This document shows positions 38,343 through 49,354 of a DNA stretch of 64,000 nt, in pieces. The notes under the pieces are model-generated. The model saw only the letters and a program-made list of their open reading frames with translations, was not told where the DNA came from and made no database searches. Every line of letters starts with the position of its first letter. Positions within the stretch are counted from its first letter, which is position 1. The position numbers were made by a program, and so were the translations under genes. Source of the DNA: Patescibacteria group bacterium (GTDB lineage Bacteria > Patescibacteriota > Patescibacteriia > UBA1558 > S5-K13); contig JAQUXC010000004.1 of the NCBI GenBank assembly GCA_028692545.1, forward strand, positions 630 through 64,629, read 5' to 3'.

Positions 38343-39266
38343 ATGAGTCTTATAAATAAAATAAAAACAAAAAAATTTGATTGGATAAATATAGCAAAAC
38401 CAAATGCTGGTTCTATAGAATATTTAAGACAAAATTTTAAATTTCACCCATTAGAATTAGAAGACTGTATAAATCCATCACCAAGAGCTAAATTAGATGA
38501 TTTTGATGATCATTTGTTCATAATAATGAATTTCCCTATATTTGATAGAAAAACTAGAAAAATATCACTTTCTGAATTAGATATATTTATAGGAAAAGAT
38601 TATCTCATCACAATAAATGATGGGCAATTAGAACCAATTAAAAAAATATTTGATAATTGCCAAATAAATCAAATTGAGAGGACAAAATATTTAAATGATG
38701 ATACAACATTTCTTTTATATCAAATAATAGATAATTTACAACAATATTGTCTCCCAATACTAAGTCATATAGATCAAGATTTAGACAATGTAGAAAATCG
38801 AATATTTAACAATGAAGAAAAGGAAATGGTAAGAGAAATACTTATCATAAAGAGAAATATAGTAAATTTTAGAAAAAGTGTTCAGTCACATAAAAACGTT
38901 ATAAAAAAACTTGGAAAAATGAGTTATAAAGATTTTGTAAAAGATGATTTAGATATATATTTTGCAAATGTCTTAGAACAATCAAAAGAAATATGGGAAA
39001 CAATAGAAAATGAAAAAGAAATAGTAGATGCACTACACGGAACAAATGAATCACTTATCTCTTTTAAATTAAACACTATAATGAAAGCCCTTACAATAAT
39101 TTCTGTACTTGTATTTCCTGCAACACTTATTTCTTCAATGTTTGGAATGAACTTTATAATCCCATTTCAAGCATCACAATACGGTTTTTTAGGCGCAATA
39201 ACTGTAATAACAATTTGTATGATAATATTATTTCTTTATTTCAAAAAAAAGGACTGGCTAGACTAA
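38343..39266 (+). CDS. corA: Magnesium transporter CorA
   Basis: C-terminal two TM segments with the MFGMNF (GMN) motif. Confidence 0.9.
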   Translation: MSLINKIKTKKFDWINIAKPNAGSIEYLRQNFKFHPLELEDCINPSPRAKLDDFDDHLFIIMNFPIFDRKTRKISLSELDIFIGKDYLITINDGQLEPIKKIFDNCQINQIERTKYLNDDTTFLLYQIIDNLQQYCLPILSHIDQDLDNVENRIFNNEEKEMVREILIIKRNIVNFRKSVQSHKNVIKKLGKMSYKDFVKDDLDIYFANVLEQSKEIWETIENEKEIVDALHGTNESLISFKLNTIMKALTIISVLVFPATLISSMFGMNFIIPFQASQYGFLGAITVITICMIILFLYFKKKDWLD

Positions 39267-39271
39267 TAAAT

Positions 39272-39475
39272 ATGCCAATATACGAATGACACTAATTATA
39301 CGAATTTCATTTGTATTATTTACATAAAATTAGTATATTAGTATTAAATTAGTATAATTAGTAAAATTAGTTTGCCTTCATTTCCACCTTCATTAAAACT
39401 TCAGTGGACTAGAAAGTTTCAGCGAGACAAGTATATTAGTATTATTAGTAAATTAGTATATTAGTATGTTTTTAT
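39272..39475. repeat. Intergenic repeat element, copy C (degenerate), with (a)ttagta microsatellite-like repeats and an about 60-nt insert
   Basis: tgccaatatacgaatgacactaattatacgaatttcatt... parallels copies A and B. Multiple attagtat repeats. The insert ends in gcgagacaag, similar to the copy-B insert ending ggcgagacgag. Confidence 0.45.
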
Positions 39476-40887
39476 ACAATACACTCACAAGAGAAAAACA
39501 AGAATTTAAATCTATTAAAAAGGGTTTTGTTGGGCTATATACATGCGGTCCGACTGTTTACAATTATGCTCATATTGGAAATTTGAGAACATATATTTTT
39601 GAAGATATTTTAAAAAGAGTTTTAAAATACAACGAATATAAAGTAAAACATGTAATGAATATTACTGATGTTGGACATTTGACTGGTGATCGTGATATGG
39701 GTGAAGACAAACTTGAAAAAGAAGCAAAACTTGAAAACAAATCAGCTTGGGATATAGCAAAATTTTATACAGAAGAATTTAAAAAGAATTTAAAAGATTT
39801 AAATATAATAGAACCAAATATTTGGTGCAAAGCTACAGATCATATAAAAGAACAAATAAAATTGGTAGAAACTTTAGAAAAAAAAGGATTTACATACAAA
39901 ACAAGTGATGGAATTTATTTTGATACTTCAAAATTTCCTGCTTATAATAAATTGTCACATCAAAAATTAGAAAATCTACAAGAAGGGGCAAGAGTTGAAA
40001 AAAATACTGAGAAAAAAAATCCAACTGACTTTGCTTTATGGAAATTTTCGCCTTATGATGAAAAAAGGCAAATGGAGTGGAATTCTCCTTGGGGAATTGG
40101 ATTTCCTGGTTGGCATATAGAGTGTTCTGCAATGAGTATGAAATATTTGAAAAATAATTTGGACATTCATTGTGGTGGTGTAGATCATATAAATATTCAT
40201 CACAGTAATGAAATTGCACAATCAGAAGCTGCAACAAGAAAACCATTTTTCAATTTTTGGATTCATGGAGAATTTTTAAACATTGCATCTGGTGACAAAA
40301 TGGCAAAAAGTGAAGGAAACTTCTTGAGAATACAATCTTTGATTGATAAAAATATAAATCCATTAGCTTTTCGATTAATGTGCCTAACAACTCATTACAG
40401 AAAATCTTTAACATATAGCAATATAGCATTACAACATTTTAATGATGTTTTTATTACAATTAAAAATAATTACTTACAACTATTAAATGAGGTTAATAAA
40501 CCAGTATCTAAGATTTTGAAAGATGAAAAAAAATTAGTTGAATTTATCAAGAATAGAGAAATGATAAATTTTGAAAATGCAATAAATAATGATATGAACA
40601 TGGCTATTGCTTTTAGTGAATTTTATGATGTAATTAGAAATCATAATAATCCTGAAAAAAGTTTATATTTAGCATTAAAAATGGACGAAATTATTGGTCT
40701 AAATTTAAAAGATATTAAAGCTAAAAGACAAATTATTCCTGAAGATATTAAATTATTAGCAGAACAAAGATCAAAAGTAAGAACTGAAAAAAACTGGAGT
40801 GAATCGGATAGGTTAAGAAATGAAATAAATAAATTTGGATATGAAATCGAAGATACTGGTGATGGATATAATTTGAAGAAAAAATAA
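39466..40887 (+). CDS. cysS: Cysteinyl-tRNA synthetase
   Basis: HIGH as HIGNLRT, KMSKS as KMAKSEGN, and Zn-binding Cys/His. Confidence 0.95.
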   Translation: MFLYNTLTREKQEFKSIKKGFVGLYTCGPTVYNYAHIGNLRTYIFEDILKRVLKYNEYKVKHVMNITDVGHLTGDRDMGEDKLEKEAKLENKSAWDIAKFYTEEFKKNLKDLNIIEPNIWCKATDHIKEQIKLVETLEKKGFTYKTSDGIYFDTSKFPAYNKLSHQKLENLQEGARVEKNTEKKNPTDFALWKFSPYDEKRQMEWNSPWGIGFPGWHIECSAMSMKYLKNNLDIHCGGVDHINIHHSNEIAQSEAATRKPFFNFWIHGEFLNIASGDKMAKSEGNFLRIQSLIDKNINPLAFRLMCLTTHYRKSLTYSNIALQHFNDVFITIKNNYLQLLNEVNKPVSKILKDEKKLVEFIKNREMINFENAINNDMNMAIAFSEFYDVIRNHNNPEKSLYLALKMDEIIGLNLKDIKAKRQIIPEDIKLLAEQRSKVRTEKNWSESDRLRNEINKFGYEIEDTGDGYNLKKK

Positions 40888-40892
40888 ATTTT

Positions 40893-42005
40893 ATGACCAT
40901 AGAAAAACCAAACGAAATAAATCAAGAATTAAATGAGTCAAATAAAGAATTATTTAACTCTTTATCATATAAATATGAAAAACACAGGCCTATTGAAGAT
41001 AGTATAGTAAGACTTGATCAAGAAGAAGAAATTTATGAAGATCTTGAAAACAACAAATCTATTCTTATAAGAGGAAATTGGCGAGCCGGAAAAACAAGCA
41101 TGCTCAAATCTCTTGAAAATCATAAATTTGGTAAAGAAAATTCTATATTTATTGACGTTGCAGTGTTATCCTCATATTCTCTTGAGGAATTCAAAAAAAT
41201 ATTTGGAAAATATCAAATAATAGATTTTATATCACAAAAAACAAATCAAGACGAAAATAAAGTAGAAGAACAAATAAAAAATAGTGGAAAAACACCTATT
41301 GAATACTTAATTCAATATTTAGAACAAAATAGTGAAGAGAATATTTTTTTAGAAATAGATGAAGTAATTTCTCTTGCCCAAAAAAATCCAGAAGCATTAA
41401 AATATTTAGCTAGCTTAAAAAATGTCAGCCAAATTAAACTCGCTATAGTATTACATAGATTTCATTCTTTTGAAGAAGATTTTAAAAAAATATTTGATGG
41501 TTTCGAAACTCATTTTGTAAAACCACTTTCTTTTGATGAAGCAAAAAAACTTGTTTTAGCTCCACTAAAAGATACTCCTATTACTTTTTCAAATGATGCA
41601 ATAAAAAAAATTCTTGAATTCAGTGGTGGAAGACCATATGAAATAAATAATTTGTGTCACGCAATAATGAGTGATAATTCAGAGAGTAGTAATCAAAAAT
41701 TAAATTATGAAAAAAGTGATATAGAAAAAGCAATAAATAATTATCATGATTTATATAGTGATATTAGTAATGTAGTATACAACTATGAAGCAATATATTT
41801 AAAATCATTGAGTCAAGAAGAAAGAGATATCATTGATCTTTTAATTACAAAAAAACAAATTCCTATATCAGATATTGATAAGAAAATTATTCAACCACTT
41901 ATTGATACAACTTTTGTCAGATTAAACGAAAAGGATAGTGTTTATGAAATAAATGGTTCTTTTTTCCAAATATGTTTAGAGAAAAATTTGATAAGGAAAA
42001 AATAG
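40893..42005 (+). CDS. Predicted AAA-superfamily ATPase, hypothetical
   Basis: P-loop ILIRGNWRAGKTSML; hhhhDE Walker B-like FLEIDEV. Confidence 0.5.
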   Translation: MTIEKPNEINQELNESNKELFNSLSYKYEKHRPIEDSIVRLDQEEEIYEDLENNKSILIRGNWRAGKTSMLKSLENHKFGKENSIFIDVAVLSSYSLEEFKKIFGKYQIIDFISQKTNQDENKVEEQIKNSGKTPIEYLIQYLEQNSEENIFLEIDEVISLAQKNPEALKYLASLKNVSQIKLAIVLHRFHSFEEDFKKIFDGFETHFVKPLSFDEAKKLVLAPLKDTPITFSNDAIKKILEFSGGRPYEINNLCHAIMSDNSESSNQKLNYEKSDIEKAINNYHDLYSDISNVVYNYEAIYLKSLSQEERDIIDLLITKKQIPISDIDKKIIQPLIDTTFVRLNEKDSVYEINGSFFQICLEKNLIRKK

Positions 42006-42019
42006 TTACTTGTTTATCA

Positions 42020-42085
42020 GCTTACGGCTTCGAAACCAGTTTCGTAAAACGTAATACTTTACGAGCATCGTAGCCGTCCAACATT
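42020..42085. repeat. Structured GC-enriched intergenic element
   Basis: cttacggcttcgaaaccagtttcgtaaaacgtaatactttacgagcatcgtagccgtcc; contains ggcttcg / cgtagcc motifs (reverse complements of gccgaagcc / ggctacg seen at 3257) and a cgtaaa...tttacg hairpin. Confidence 0.4.
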
Positions 42086-42098
42086 ACCGAAACAATAA

Positions 42099-43115
42099 AT
42101 GCCTAAAATAATAAAAAATTATAAAACAAAGAATTTCTGGCTTTCACTTAGAAAGCCAATTTTAGCTTTGGCACCTATGGCAGGAATTACTGACAGCGCA
42201 TATTGTACAATTTGTCGCAAAAACGGAGCTGATGTAGTTTATACTGAAATGATTTCTGCGGATGGCTTAAATTACAATTCCAAAAAAACTGGTAATATGT
42301 TAAAAATTCTAAAAGGTGAAAAACCTGTTGTGGTACAACTTTTTGGAAAAGATCCTGAGAAATTTGTACGTGCAACTCAAATTGTTACAAAATTAGGATT
42401 TTCTGGAATTGATATAAATTTTGGTTGTCCAGCAAAAAAAGTAGCGGGCCATGGTGGTGGTGCAACTTTGATGCGAGATTTAAATTTGTGTTACAAAATT
42501 ATAAAATCAGTTTGTGATAATACAGATCTACCAGTTTCTATAAAAGTAAGAAAATCAATAACTGCAAATAGTTGTAAGATTAAAAAATTAAAAGTTGAAA
42601 GCAATAAAGAAATTATTACATCACTCGATTTGATAAAAAAAATAAAAAACTTGAGAATTTCCACAATAATGATCCACTCACGAACTTATGAGCAGGGATT
42701 TAGTGGTGAAATTGATTATAATTACATCAAAAATGTCAGAAAACACTTCAAAGGTATAATTCTAGCAAATGGTAATATAAACACTCCAGAGATGGCAAAA
42801 AAGACCTTAGAATTGACAGGGGCTGATGGTATTGGAATTGCTCGTGGAGTATATGGAAAACCATGGATTTTTAAGCAATGTAAAGATTATTTGGAAACTA
42901 ATAAATACAAAGAAAAAACTTGGGCTCAGATAAAAAAAATAGCACTTACTCATGCTAAATTAAATTTTGAAATTAAAAGTGATTATGGAATAGTAGAAAT
43001 GCGCAAACATTTACTCTTTTATACAAAAAATCAAAAGTTTGCAAAAGAAATGAGAAGAGAACTGGTAAATGTAAAAACAATATCAGAAATAAAAAAAGTA
43101 TTTGATAAATACTAA
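42099..43115 (+). CDS. tRNA-dihydrouridine synthase (DusB-like)
   Basis: LALAPMAGITDSAYCTICRKNGADVVYTEMISA, DINFGCPAKKV, HSRT. Confidence 0.85.
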   Translation: MPKIIKNYKTKNFWLSLRKPILALAPMAGITDSAYCTICRKNGADVVYTEMISADGLNYNSKKTGNMLKILKGEKPVVVQLFGKDPEKFVRATQIVTKLGFSGIDINFGCPAKKVAGHGGGATLMRDLNLCYKIIKSVCDNTDLPVSIKVRKSITANSCKIKKLKVESNKEIITSLDLIKKIKNLRISTIMIHSRTYEQGFSGEIDYNYIKNVRKHFKGIILANGNINTPEMAKKTLELTGADGIGIARGVYGKPWIFKQCKDYLETNKYKEKTWAQIKKIALTHAKLNFEIKSDYGIVEMRKHLLFYTKNQKFAKEMRRELVNVKTISEIKKVFDKY

Positions 43116-43123
43116 TTTTACTA

Positions 43124-43198
43124 TGGTACCGTCACGGAGAATCGAACTCCGATTACCAGGATGAGAACCTGGCGTCCTAGCCGTTAGACGATGACGGC
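43124..43198 (-). tRNA. tRNA-Glu (anticodon CTC)
   Basis: Reverse complement GCCGTCATCGTCTAACGGCTAGGACGCCAGG-TTCTCAT-CCTGGTAATCGGAGTTCGATTCTCCGTGACGGTACCA. Confidence 0.8.
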
Positions 43199-43262
43199 AA
43201 AATCACACATTATTAAATCTATAAAAACTCTGACTACTAAAAGCTAATTAGACTAAGCTTAA

Positions 43263-43733
43263 TTAATAAACTTCTATTTTCACATCCCCTATTCCAGCTT
43301 TATCAATTCCAATAGCTTTTGCTCCAGCATATGATAAATCTAGTTCTGCACTATATTTCTTAATCTTTTCTCCAGAACTATTTTCTACAGATTTATATGA
43401 AAATGGTCCACGATCTTTTACAACAACATAAACATATTTACCATTTGCCATATTTGTAACTTTTAATTTTGTACCAAATTTATATCTTCTATGAGCAGCA
43501 GTATTTTCATTGTACATATCAAACTTTTCTCCATTTGCCATTTTTTTACCATGAAATGCTTTTCCATACCACATAGCTTTTCCAGTATAAACTTTTTTTG
43601 GCTTTTGATTTTCTGGAATTCCTAATGTATTTATGGTAGATTTTGTATCCTCTATCTTTGCAAGCAAATAACTCGGAAACAAAATAAAAAAACTAAACAA
43701 AAAACATATTAAATATTTATATTTTTTTTTCAT
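43263..43733 (-). CDS. RlpA-like double-psi beta-barrel lipoprotein/secreted protein
   Basis: Signal peptide; AMWYGKAFHGKKMANGEKFDM...TAAHRRYKFGTKLKVTN...VVVKDRGPF. Confidence 0.75.
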   Translation of the reverse strand: MKKKYKYLICFLFSFFILFPSYLLAKIEDTKSTINTLGIPENQKPKKVYTGKAMWYGKAFHGKKMANGEKFDMYNENTAAHRRYKFGTKLKVTNMANGKYVYVVVKDRGPFSYKSVENSSGEKIKKYSAELDLSYAGAKAIGIDKAGIGDVKIEVY

Positions 43734-43781
43734 ACAATTTTTTTAGAAAATAATAAAATCTATTTTATTATATATCAAAAG

Positions 43782-45158
43782 TTAATATAAGTCATCCCCT
43801 GTTGTATATTTCCAATCTTTACTTGAAACTGTTATAACTTTATTCCAATCAAGTCCTCTTCTTATAAAAGCTTCTTCTGTAAAAAATGGTCTTTTTTTAC
43901 TATTATCTAACATATAAATTGCATTTTCACCTTCATATCTTATAAGAGTTCCCGTTGGATGTTTACTTTTTTTTGTAAGACTTTTCATTTCTCTATAATT
44001 GTTCAAAACAGAATCATCAACTACTTTTATCCATTCCCATTTAAAACCTAATTTATTAAATGCCTCTTCATCTTCTATCCAAGATTTTTTTGTTCCATCT
44101 ATAAAATATACTTTATTATTTGATCCTTTAGCTAAATCCCCAGAAGATAATTGATTTCCGAGTGCTTTTGTTTTGAAACTCATTATACCACTTGTATAAC
44201 TCTTATTTCCAAAACTATTATATAACTTTATTTTGTAATAATATATCGTATTTGGTTCTAATTCTTTTAAGGTAATATAGTGCTCTAATTCATAAAAAGT
44301 ACTTACATCTACTTTTTTATTTACTTTTTTTGGATCAGTACCATAATAAATAAGACTCTTCGAAGCTAATGTACTACCCCATGAAATATTTGCCTCTGTC
44401 TGAGAAACTTCATCACTATTAAAACTACCTGGTTTTACATTTTTCACATTCAAATCTCCTTCTTGGGAAGTTGTTCTAAAATTCATTACTACAGAAGATT
44501 CATTTTTATCCCTATCTATTGCAGATATTTTTATATAATATTTTAAGGATGGTTTAAGTTTTGTAATAAATTTTACATGTTCTGTGTCGTAAGAACCATA
44601 AGTCACGCTATTTAACATTAATTCTTGATTTTCATCATAATAAATATTGGCTTTTGTTTCTTCATCTGTTGTCCATTTTATTAAAACAGCATCATTTGTT
44701 GCTTGTATTATTTTATAATCAATAAATCTAGGTGGATTTTCATCTATCATATCATCTGTTGAAAAAGTACGTATTGTAGATTCATATTCATTATCAGCAT
44801 TGTCTATTGCTACTATTTTATAATAATAAGATTCATCACCAGAAAGACCTGTTAAAGTACTATTGTGAAACATTGTATATACGCCATATCCCATACTTTT
44901 ATCCATATTTTCAGGATCTGTACCATAATATACAGTACCTTTTACGGTAATATTTGTATTCCATTCTAAATTGACAGAACCATTTTTTAAATTTGAAATT
45001 TCAAATTTGTTAAATATATCAGATGCTTGAATTGTTTTTGTATTAATAACACATAAAAACATTAAAAATAACAATAAAAAAAATATTTTTTTCATAATAA
45101 TAATTAATTTATTAAATATATTATTAAAATAACATATTATATTAATAATGTCAATCAA
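43782..45158 (-). CDS. Secreted protein with three FN3-like repeats
   Basis: Repeats such as VNLEWNT...GTVYYGTDPENMDKS...YYYKI occur three times; signal peptide. Confidence 0.55.
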   Translation of the reverse strand: MIDIINIICYFNNIFNKLIIIMKKIFFLLLFLMFLCVINTKTIQASDIFNKFEISNLKNGSVNLEWNTNITVKGTVYYGTDPENMDKSMGYGVYTMFHNSTLTGLSGDESYYYKIVAIDNADNEYESTIRTFSTDDMIDENPPRFIDYKIIQATNDAVLIKWTTDEETKANIYYDENQELMLNSVTYGSYDTEHVKFITKLKPSLKYYIKISAIDRDKNESSVVMNFRTTSQEGDLNVKNVKPGSFNSDEVSQTEANISWGSTLASKSLIYYGTDPKKVNKKVDVSTFYELEHYITLKELEPNTIYYYKIKLYNSFGNKSYTSGIMSFKTKALGNQLSSGDLAKGSNNKVYFIDGTKKSWIEDEEAFNKLGFKWEWIKVVDDSVLNNYREMKSLTKKSKHPTGTLIRYEGENAIYMLDNSKKRPFFTEEAFIRRGLDWNKVITVSSKDWKYTTGDDLY

Positions 45159-45280
45159 TAATATTTATCTCTTTTATAATAACACAATACAAAAAAATTA
45201 AAAAATAAACAAATTACCAGTCAATGATTGTTTTTATGGTTTAAATTTGATAGAATTTTCATATAAATTAATACATATAA

Positions 45281-46657
45281 ATGTTTACAAATATAAACAA
45301 AATTCGTTTCAAAAAAATAATATTACTAATTGGGGATATGTTTTTTTTATATTTTTCTCTTTTTTTAACATTATTATTAAGATTTAAAAATAATTATACA
45401 TATGAATTATTAAAAGAACATATATATAATTTTAGTATTCTGTATATTTTTTGGATAATAATGATATTCAGCTTTAGACTCTATGAAGCAAATAAACCTA
45501 TTACAAAAACAACTACTCTTGCCATAAATATATTAAACTTTTCAATAATCAATTTCTTTATAAGTGTATTGTATTTTTATATAAAACCAAATGTAGTTAT
45601 AACACCAAAAACCGTACTTATAATAAATATATTTGTTTTTGCTGCAATATTCTATATTTGGAGAATACTTATAAACAAAATTATTTACAAAGGTTCAAAA
45701 TCCAAAAATTGCTTATTGATAACAAATAATACCGAATTAATAAAAGATGTGGCAAAAAATCTAGAATTAGAACTTAATGTAAAAACTTATGTAAACCCAA
45801 GTGATGAAATAAACAATTCTGAAATAGAAAAAATACAATTAAATAATATAAATTATTATATCAAACAGAATAATATACAGACTATAATCATTGATGATGC
45901 ATTACTTGAATCAAAAAGAACTGCAGATCAATTATTTGAATGTATTAAATTGCGCCTTGAAATAATAAAGGCAAGTGACTTCTATGAAAAATTTTTGGGA
46001 AAGGTGTCAATATCTAATATCAATCAACTTTGGTTTATAAGTAATCTAAATGAAAATGCTAAATATTTTTCTGATTTTATAAAAAATGTACTAGACAAAA
46101 TATTAAGTATAATATTTATAATAATTTCGATTCTACTATCTCCATTTATAATTTTACTTATAAAAATAGATTCTCGCGGTCCTGTACTCTTTAGACAAAT
46201 TAGAACTGGAAAAAACAACAAAAAATTCATGGCTATGAAATTTAGAACTATGAATATTGATGCTGAAAAAGATGGTCCTCAATGGTCAAAAAATAATGAC
46301 CCGAGAGTTACAAAAATAGGAAATTTTTTGAGAATTTCAAGGCTAGATGAAATTCCTCAGTTTATAAATATATTAAAAGGCGAAATGTCTCTTATTGGGC
46401 CAAGACCAGAGCGACCCGAATTTGTAAAAGAATTAAGAGAAAAAATAGATTTTTATGATCAAAGATTACTTGTAAAACCAGGACTCACTGGCTGGGCTCA
46501 AATAAATTATCCATATGGAAGTTCAGTAGAAGATGCTTATGAAAAATTGCAATATGATTTATATTATGTAAAAAATAGAAGTTTGATATTGGACTTATCC
46601 ATAATACTAAAAACAATACACACTATTACAAAAAAATTAATTGGAAAGGAATTGTGA
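45281..46657 (+). CDS. Initiating polyprenyl-phosphate sugar phosphotransferase (WbaP/bacterial sugar transferase family)
   Basis: C-terminal domain SRGPVLFRQIRTGKNNKKF...LDEIPQFINILKGEMSLIGPRPERPEF. Confidence 0.85.
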   Translation: MFTNINKIRFKKIILLIGDMFFLYFSLFLTLLLRFKNNYTYELLKEHIYNFSILYIFWIIMIFSFRLYEANKPITKTTTLAINILNFSIINFFISVLYFYIKPNVVITPKTVLIINIFVFAAIFYIWRILINKIIYKGSKSKNCLLITNNTELIKDVAKNLELELNVKTYVNPSDEINNSEIEKIQLNNINYYIKQNNIQTIIIDDALLESKRTADQLFECIKLRLEIIKASDFYEKFLGKVSISNINQLWFISNLNENAKYFSDFIKNVLDKILSIIFIIISILLSPFIILLIKIDSRGPVLFRQIRTGKNNKKFMAMKFRTMNIDAEKDGPQWSKNNDPRVTKIGNFLRISRLDEIPQFINILKGEMSLIGPRPERPEFVKELREKIDFYDQRLLVKPGLTGWAQINYPYGSSVEDAYEKLQYDLYYVKNRSLILDLSIILKTIHTITKKLIGKEL

Positions 46658-47615
46658 TATGAATATACTTGTGACTGGAGGCGCTGGGTTTATTGGTTTT
46701 CATCTTTGCAAAAAATTATTAGAAAATAATGAAAATATAATAATAATTGATAATTTCAATGATTATTATGATATTAAACTAAAAAGAGATAGAATATTTG
46801 AATTAAAAAAATTTGGAAATTTTAAGATTTATGAAATAGATATATCTGAGTTTAATAATTTAAAAAATGTATTTTCTGAAAATAAAATAGATAAAATTTG
46901 TCATTTGGCAGCTCAAGCAGGAGTGAGATATTCAATAGAAAATCCATTTGTATATGAACATACAAATAATCTAGGAACATTAAATTTACTTGAACTCTGT
47001 AAAAAATTTAATATAAAAAATTTTATTTATGCATCATCATCCTCTGTTTATGGTGGAAATGATTCTGAAATATTCTCCGAAATAGATAATGTTGATAAGC
47101 CAATATCACTATATGCTGCTACAAAAAAAACAAATGAGCTATATGCTTATACATATCATCATTTATATAATATAAATTGCACTGGTCTTAGATTTTTTAC
47201 TGCATATGGCCCATGGGGACGTCCAGATATGGCATATTTCAAATTTACAAAAAATATTTTAGAAAAAAAAGAAATAGAAATATACAACAATGGAGAAATG
47301 ATGAGAGATTTTACTTATATTGATGATATAGTATTGGGAATAATAAATGCTTTAGAAAAATGTTATCCTTATGAAATATTTAATTTAGGAAACAATAATC
47401 CTATAAAATTATTAAATTTTGTTGAAATAATAGAAAAATGTTTAGATAAAAAATCTATACAAAAAATGATGCCACTTCAAGATGGAGATGTTATAAAAAC
47501 ATGCGCAAATATAGACAAAGCAAAAAAAATGTTAGATTTTAATCCAAAAATAGATATGAATACAGGAATAAAAAATTTTATTAACTGGTATATCAAATAT
47601 TACAATGTTAAATAA
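46641..47615 (+). CDS. NAD-dependent epimerase (UDP-glucuronate 4-epimerase-like)
   Basis: GGAGFIG, YAATKKTNE (YxxxK), RFFTAYGPWGRPDMA. Confidence 0.8.
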   Translation: MERNCDMNILVTGGAGFIGFHLCKKLLENNENIIIIDNFNDYYDIKLKRDRIFELKKFGNFKIYEIDISEFNNLKNVFSENKIDKICHLAAQAGVRYSIENPFVYEHTNNLGTLNLLELCKKFNIKNFIYASSSSVYGGNDSEIFSEIDNVDKPISLYAATKKTNELYAYTYHHLYNINCTGLRFFTAYGPWGRPDMAYFKFTKNILEKKEIEIYNNGEMMRDFTYIDDIVLGIINALEKCYPYEIFNLGNNNPIKLLNFVEIIEKCLDKKSIQKMMPLQDGDVIKTCANIDKAKKMLDFNPKIDMNTGIKNFINWYIKYYNVK

Positions 47616-48867
47616 TTCACAAAATTTTATTTACAAAATTCTAAAAAAATCTGAAAAATTTTTTCAAACAGATATGATATATGTTGCAAAGAATGGATTT
47701 TGGCTTACATTGGGCCAAATTATATCTTCAATATCTTCATTTTTATTAGCAATAGCTTTTGCAAACTTATTACCAAAAGAAATTTATGGAACTTATAAAT
47801 ATATTTTATCTATATTAGGAATATTATCTATTTTTACATTATCTGGTATAAATACATCTTTGACTCGTTCAGTGGCTAGAGGTTTTGATGGTTCTCTAAA
47901 ACTTGCCTTAAGGGAAAAAATAAAATGGGGTTCAATTGGAAGTATAATATCTCTTGGAATATCAATTTATTATTATTTGAATGGAAATTTTGTTTTAACA
48001 ATTTGTTTTATTATTACAACTATATTTTTACCATTTATGGATTCTTTCAATATTCATATTGCAATTCTAAATGGCAAAAAAGATTTTAAATTAGCTACAA
48101 AATACAATATTATAACTCAAGTAATTTCATCAATTTTGATGATTTTAATATTAATAATTTCAAAAAATATATTTTTATTGTTATTAATTTATTTTATATC
48201 TTATACAAGTTTAAGGCTTATATTTTTAAAATTAACTATAAAAAAAGAAAATCTCAATTTCAAAATAGAGTCTGACACAATTTCTTATGGAAAACATTTG
48301 AGCTTAATGAATGTAATAGTTTTGATATCAAATCAAATTGACAAAATAGTAGTCTGGCAATTTATTGGTTCAGCAGAACTCGCAATATACTCAATAGCAA
48401 TTGCTATGCCAGAACAAATAAAAGGATTTTTGGGAAATATAAATACATTGGCATTTCCAAAATTTGCCGAAAAATCAAAAGAGGAAATAAGAAAAAATAT
48501 TTACAAAAAAATAGGAAAACTTTTTATTATTGTAATTTTAATTATTGCAACATATTGGCTTCTATCTCCTATAATTTTCAAAATTCTTTTCCCTAAATAT
48601 TTGGATAGTCTTTTTTATAGTCAATTGTTTTCACTTGGACTTATAAATATTCCAATCGCTTTTATTGGATTACCAATTCTTCAATCTCATAGACTTACAA
48701 AAGAATTGTATAAAATAAATATTTTCAATTCTATAATACAAATTGTATTAATATTATTTGCAACTTATTTCTATGGGTTAATAGGACTTATAATAGCAAG
48801 AATAATCACCAGAGTTATTATTGGCATTGTTTACCTACTAAAATTAAGAAGTCTTAAATATTTTTAA
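47605..48867 (+). CDS. Wzx-type oligosaccharide flippase (polysaccharide biosynthesis protein family)
   Basis: About 12 TM helices; position in the glycan cluster. Confidence 0.65.
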   Translation: MLNNSQNFIYKILKKSEKFFQTDMIYVAKNGFWLTLGQIISSISSFLLAIAFANLLPKEIYGTYKYILSILGILSIFTLSGINTSLTRSVARGFDGSLKLALREKIKWGSIGSIISLGISIYYYLNGNFVLTICFIITTIFLPFMDSFNIHIAILNGKKDFKLATKYNIITQVISSILMILILIISKNIFLLLLIYFISYTSLRLIFLKLTIKKENLNFKIESDTISYGKHLSLMNVIVLISNQIDKIVVWQFIGSAELAIYSIAIAMPEQIKGFLGNINTLAFPKFAEKSKEEIRKNIYKKIGKLFIIVILIIATYWLLSPIIFKILFPKYLDSLFYSQLFSLGLINIPIAFIGLPILQSHRLTKELYKINIFNSIIQIVLILFATYFYGLIGLIIARIITRVIIGIVYLLKLRSLKYF

Positions 48868-49348
48868 TTATCTCCGCTGGAACACCAGCAACAACTACAT
48901 TTGATGGAATATCTTTTGTTACAACAGATCCAGTACCAACAACAGAATTTGTTCCAATTGTAACTCCTGGATTTATTATTACACCAGATCCAATCCATAC
49001 CCCATGTTCAATATTTATTGGCTTAGCAATATGAATTCTATCACCCATTTTCTTTTTATAATCTAATCCACCAGAATTTATAATCACATAAGGCGAAATA
49101 TGAACATAATCACCAATTATAATTTTTTCTCTTGCATTCAAAAACCCACTTTCATTTATAGTAGAATTATTACCAAAATTTATATTTTCTGAATTAATCA
49201 CATTTATAGAGCCAAATATATTACTATTTTTTCCAAAATTAGAAAATAAATTACTATAATAAAAATTTCTTGTTTTCAATAAAATACATTCTCTTTTTAT
49301 AAAAATAAATTTTATAATAGTTTTTATAATACCATTTTTATTCATCAT
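48854..49348 (-). CDS. Hexapeptide-repeat sugar O-acetyltransferase
   Basis: Left-handed beta-helix repeats [25 protein letters not shown]. Confidence 0.8.
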   Translation of the reverse strand: MMNKNGIIKTIIKFIFIKRECILLKTRNFYYSNLFSNFGKNSNIFGSINVINSENINFGNNSTINESGFLNAREKIIIGDYVHISPYVIINSGGLDYKKKMGDRIHIAKPINIEHGVWIGSGVIINPGVTIGTNSVVGTGSVVTKDIPSNVVVAGVPAEIIKNI

Positions 49349-49354
49349 AAATAT

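Noticed and set aside
39272-39475. Possible CRISPR-like array from the repeated attagtat units
   Set aside because: Units are 7-8 nt AT-rich microsatellite-like repeats without spacers of defined length; no cas genes in the window.
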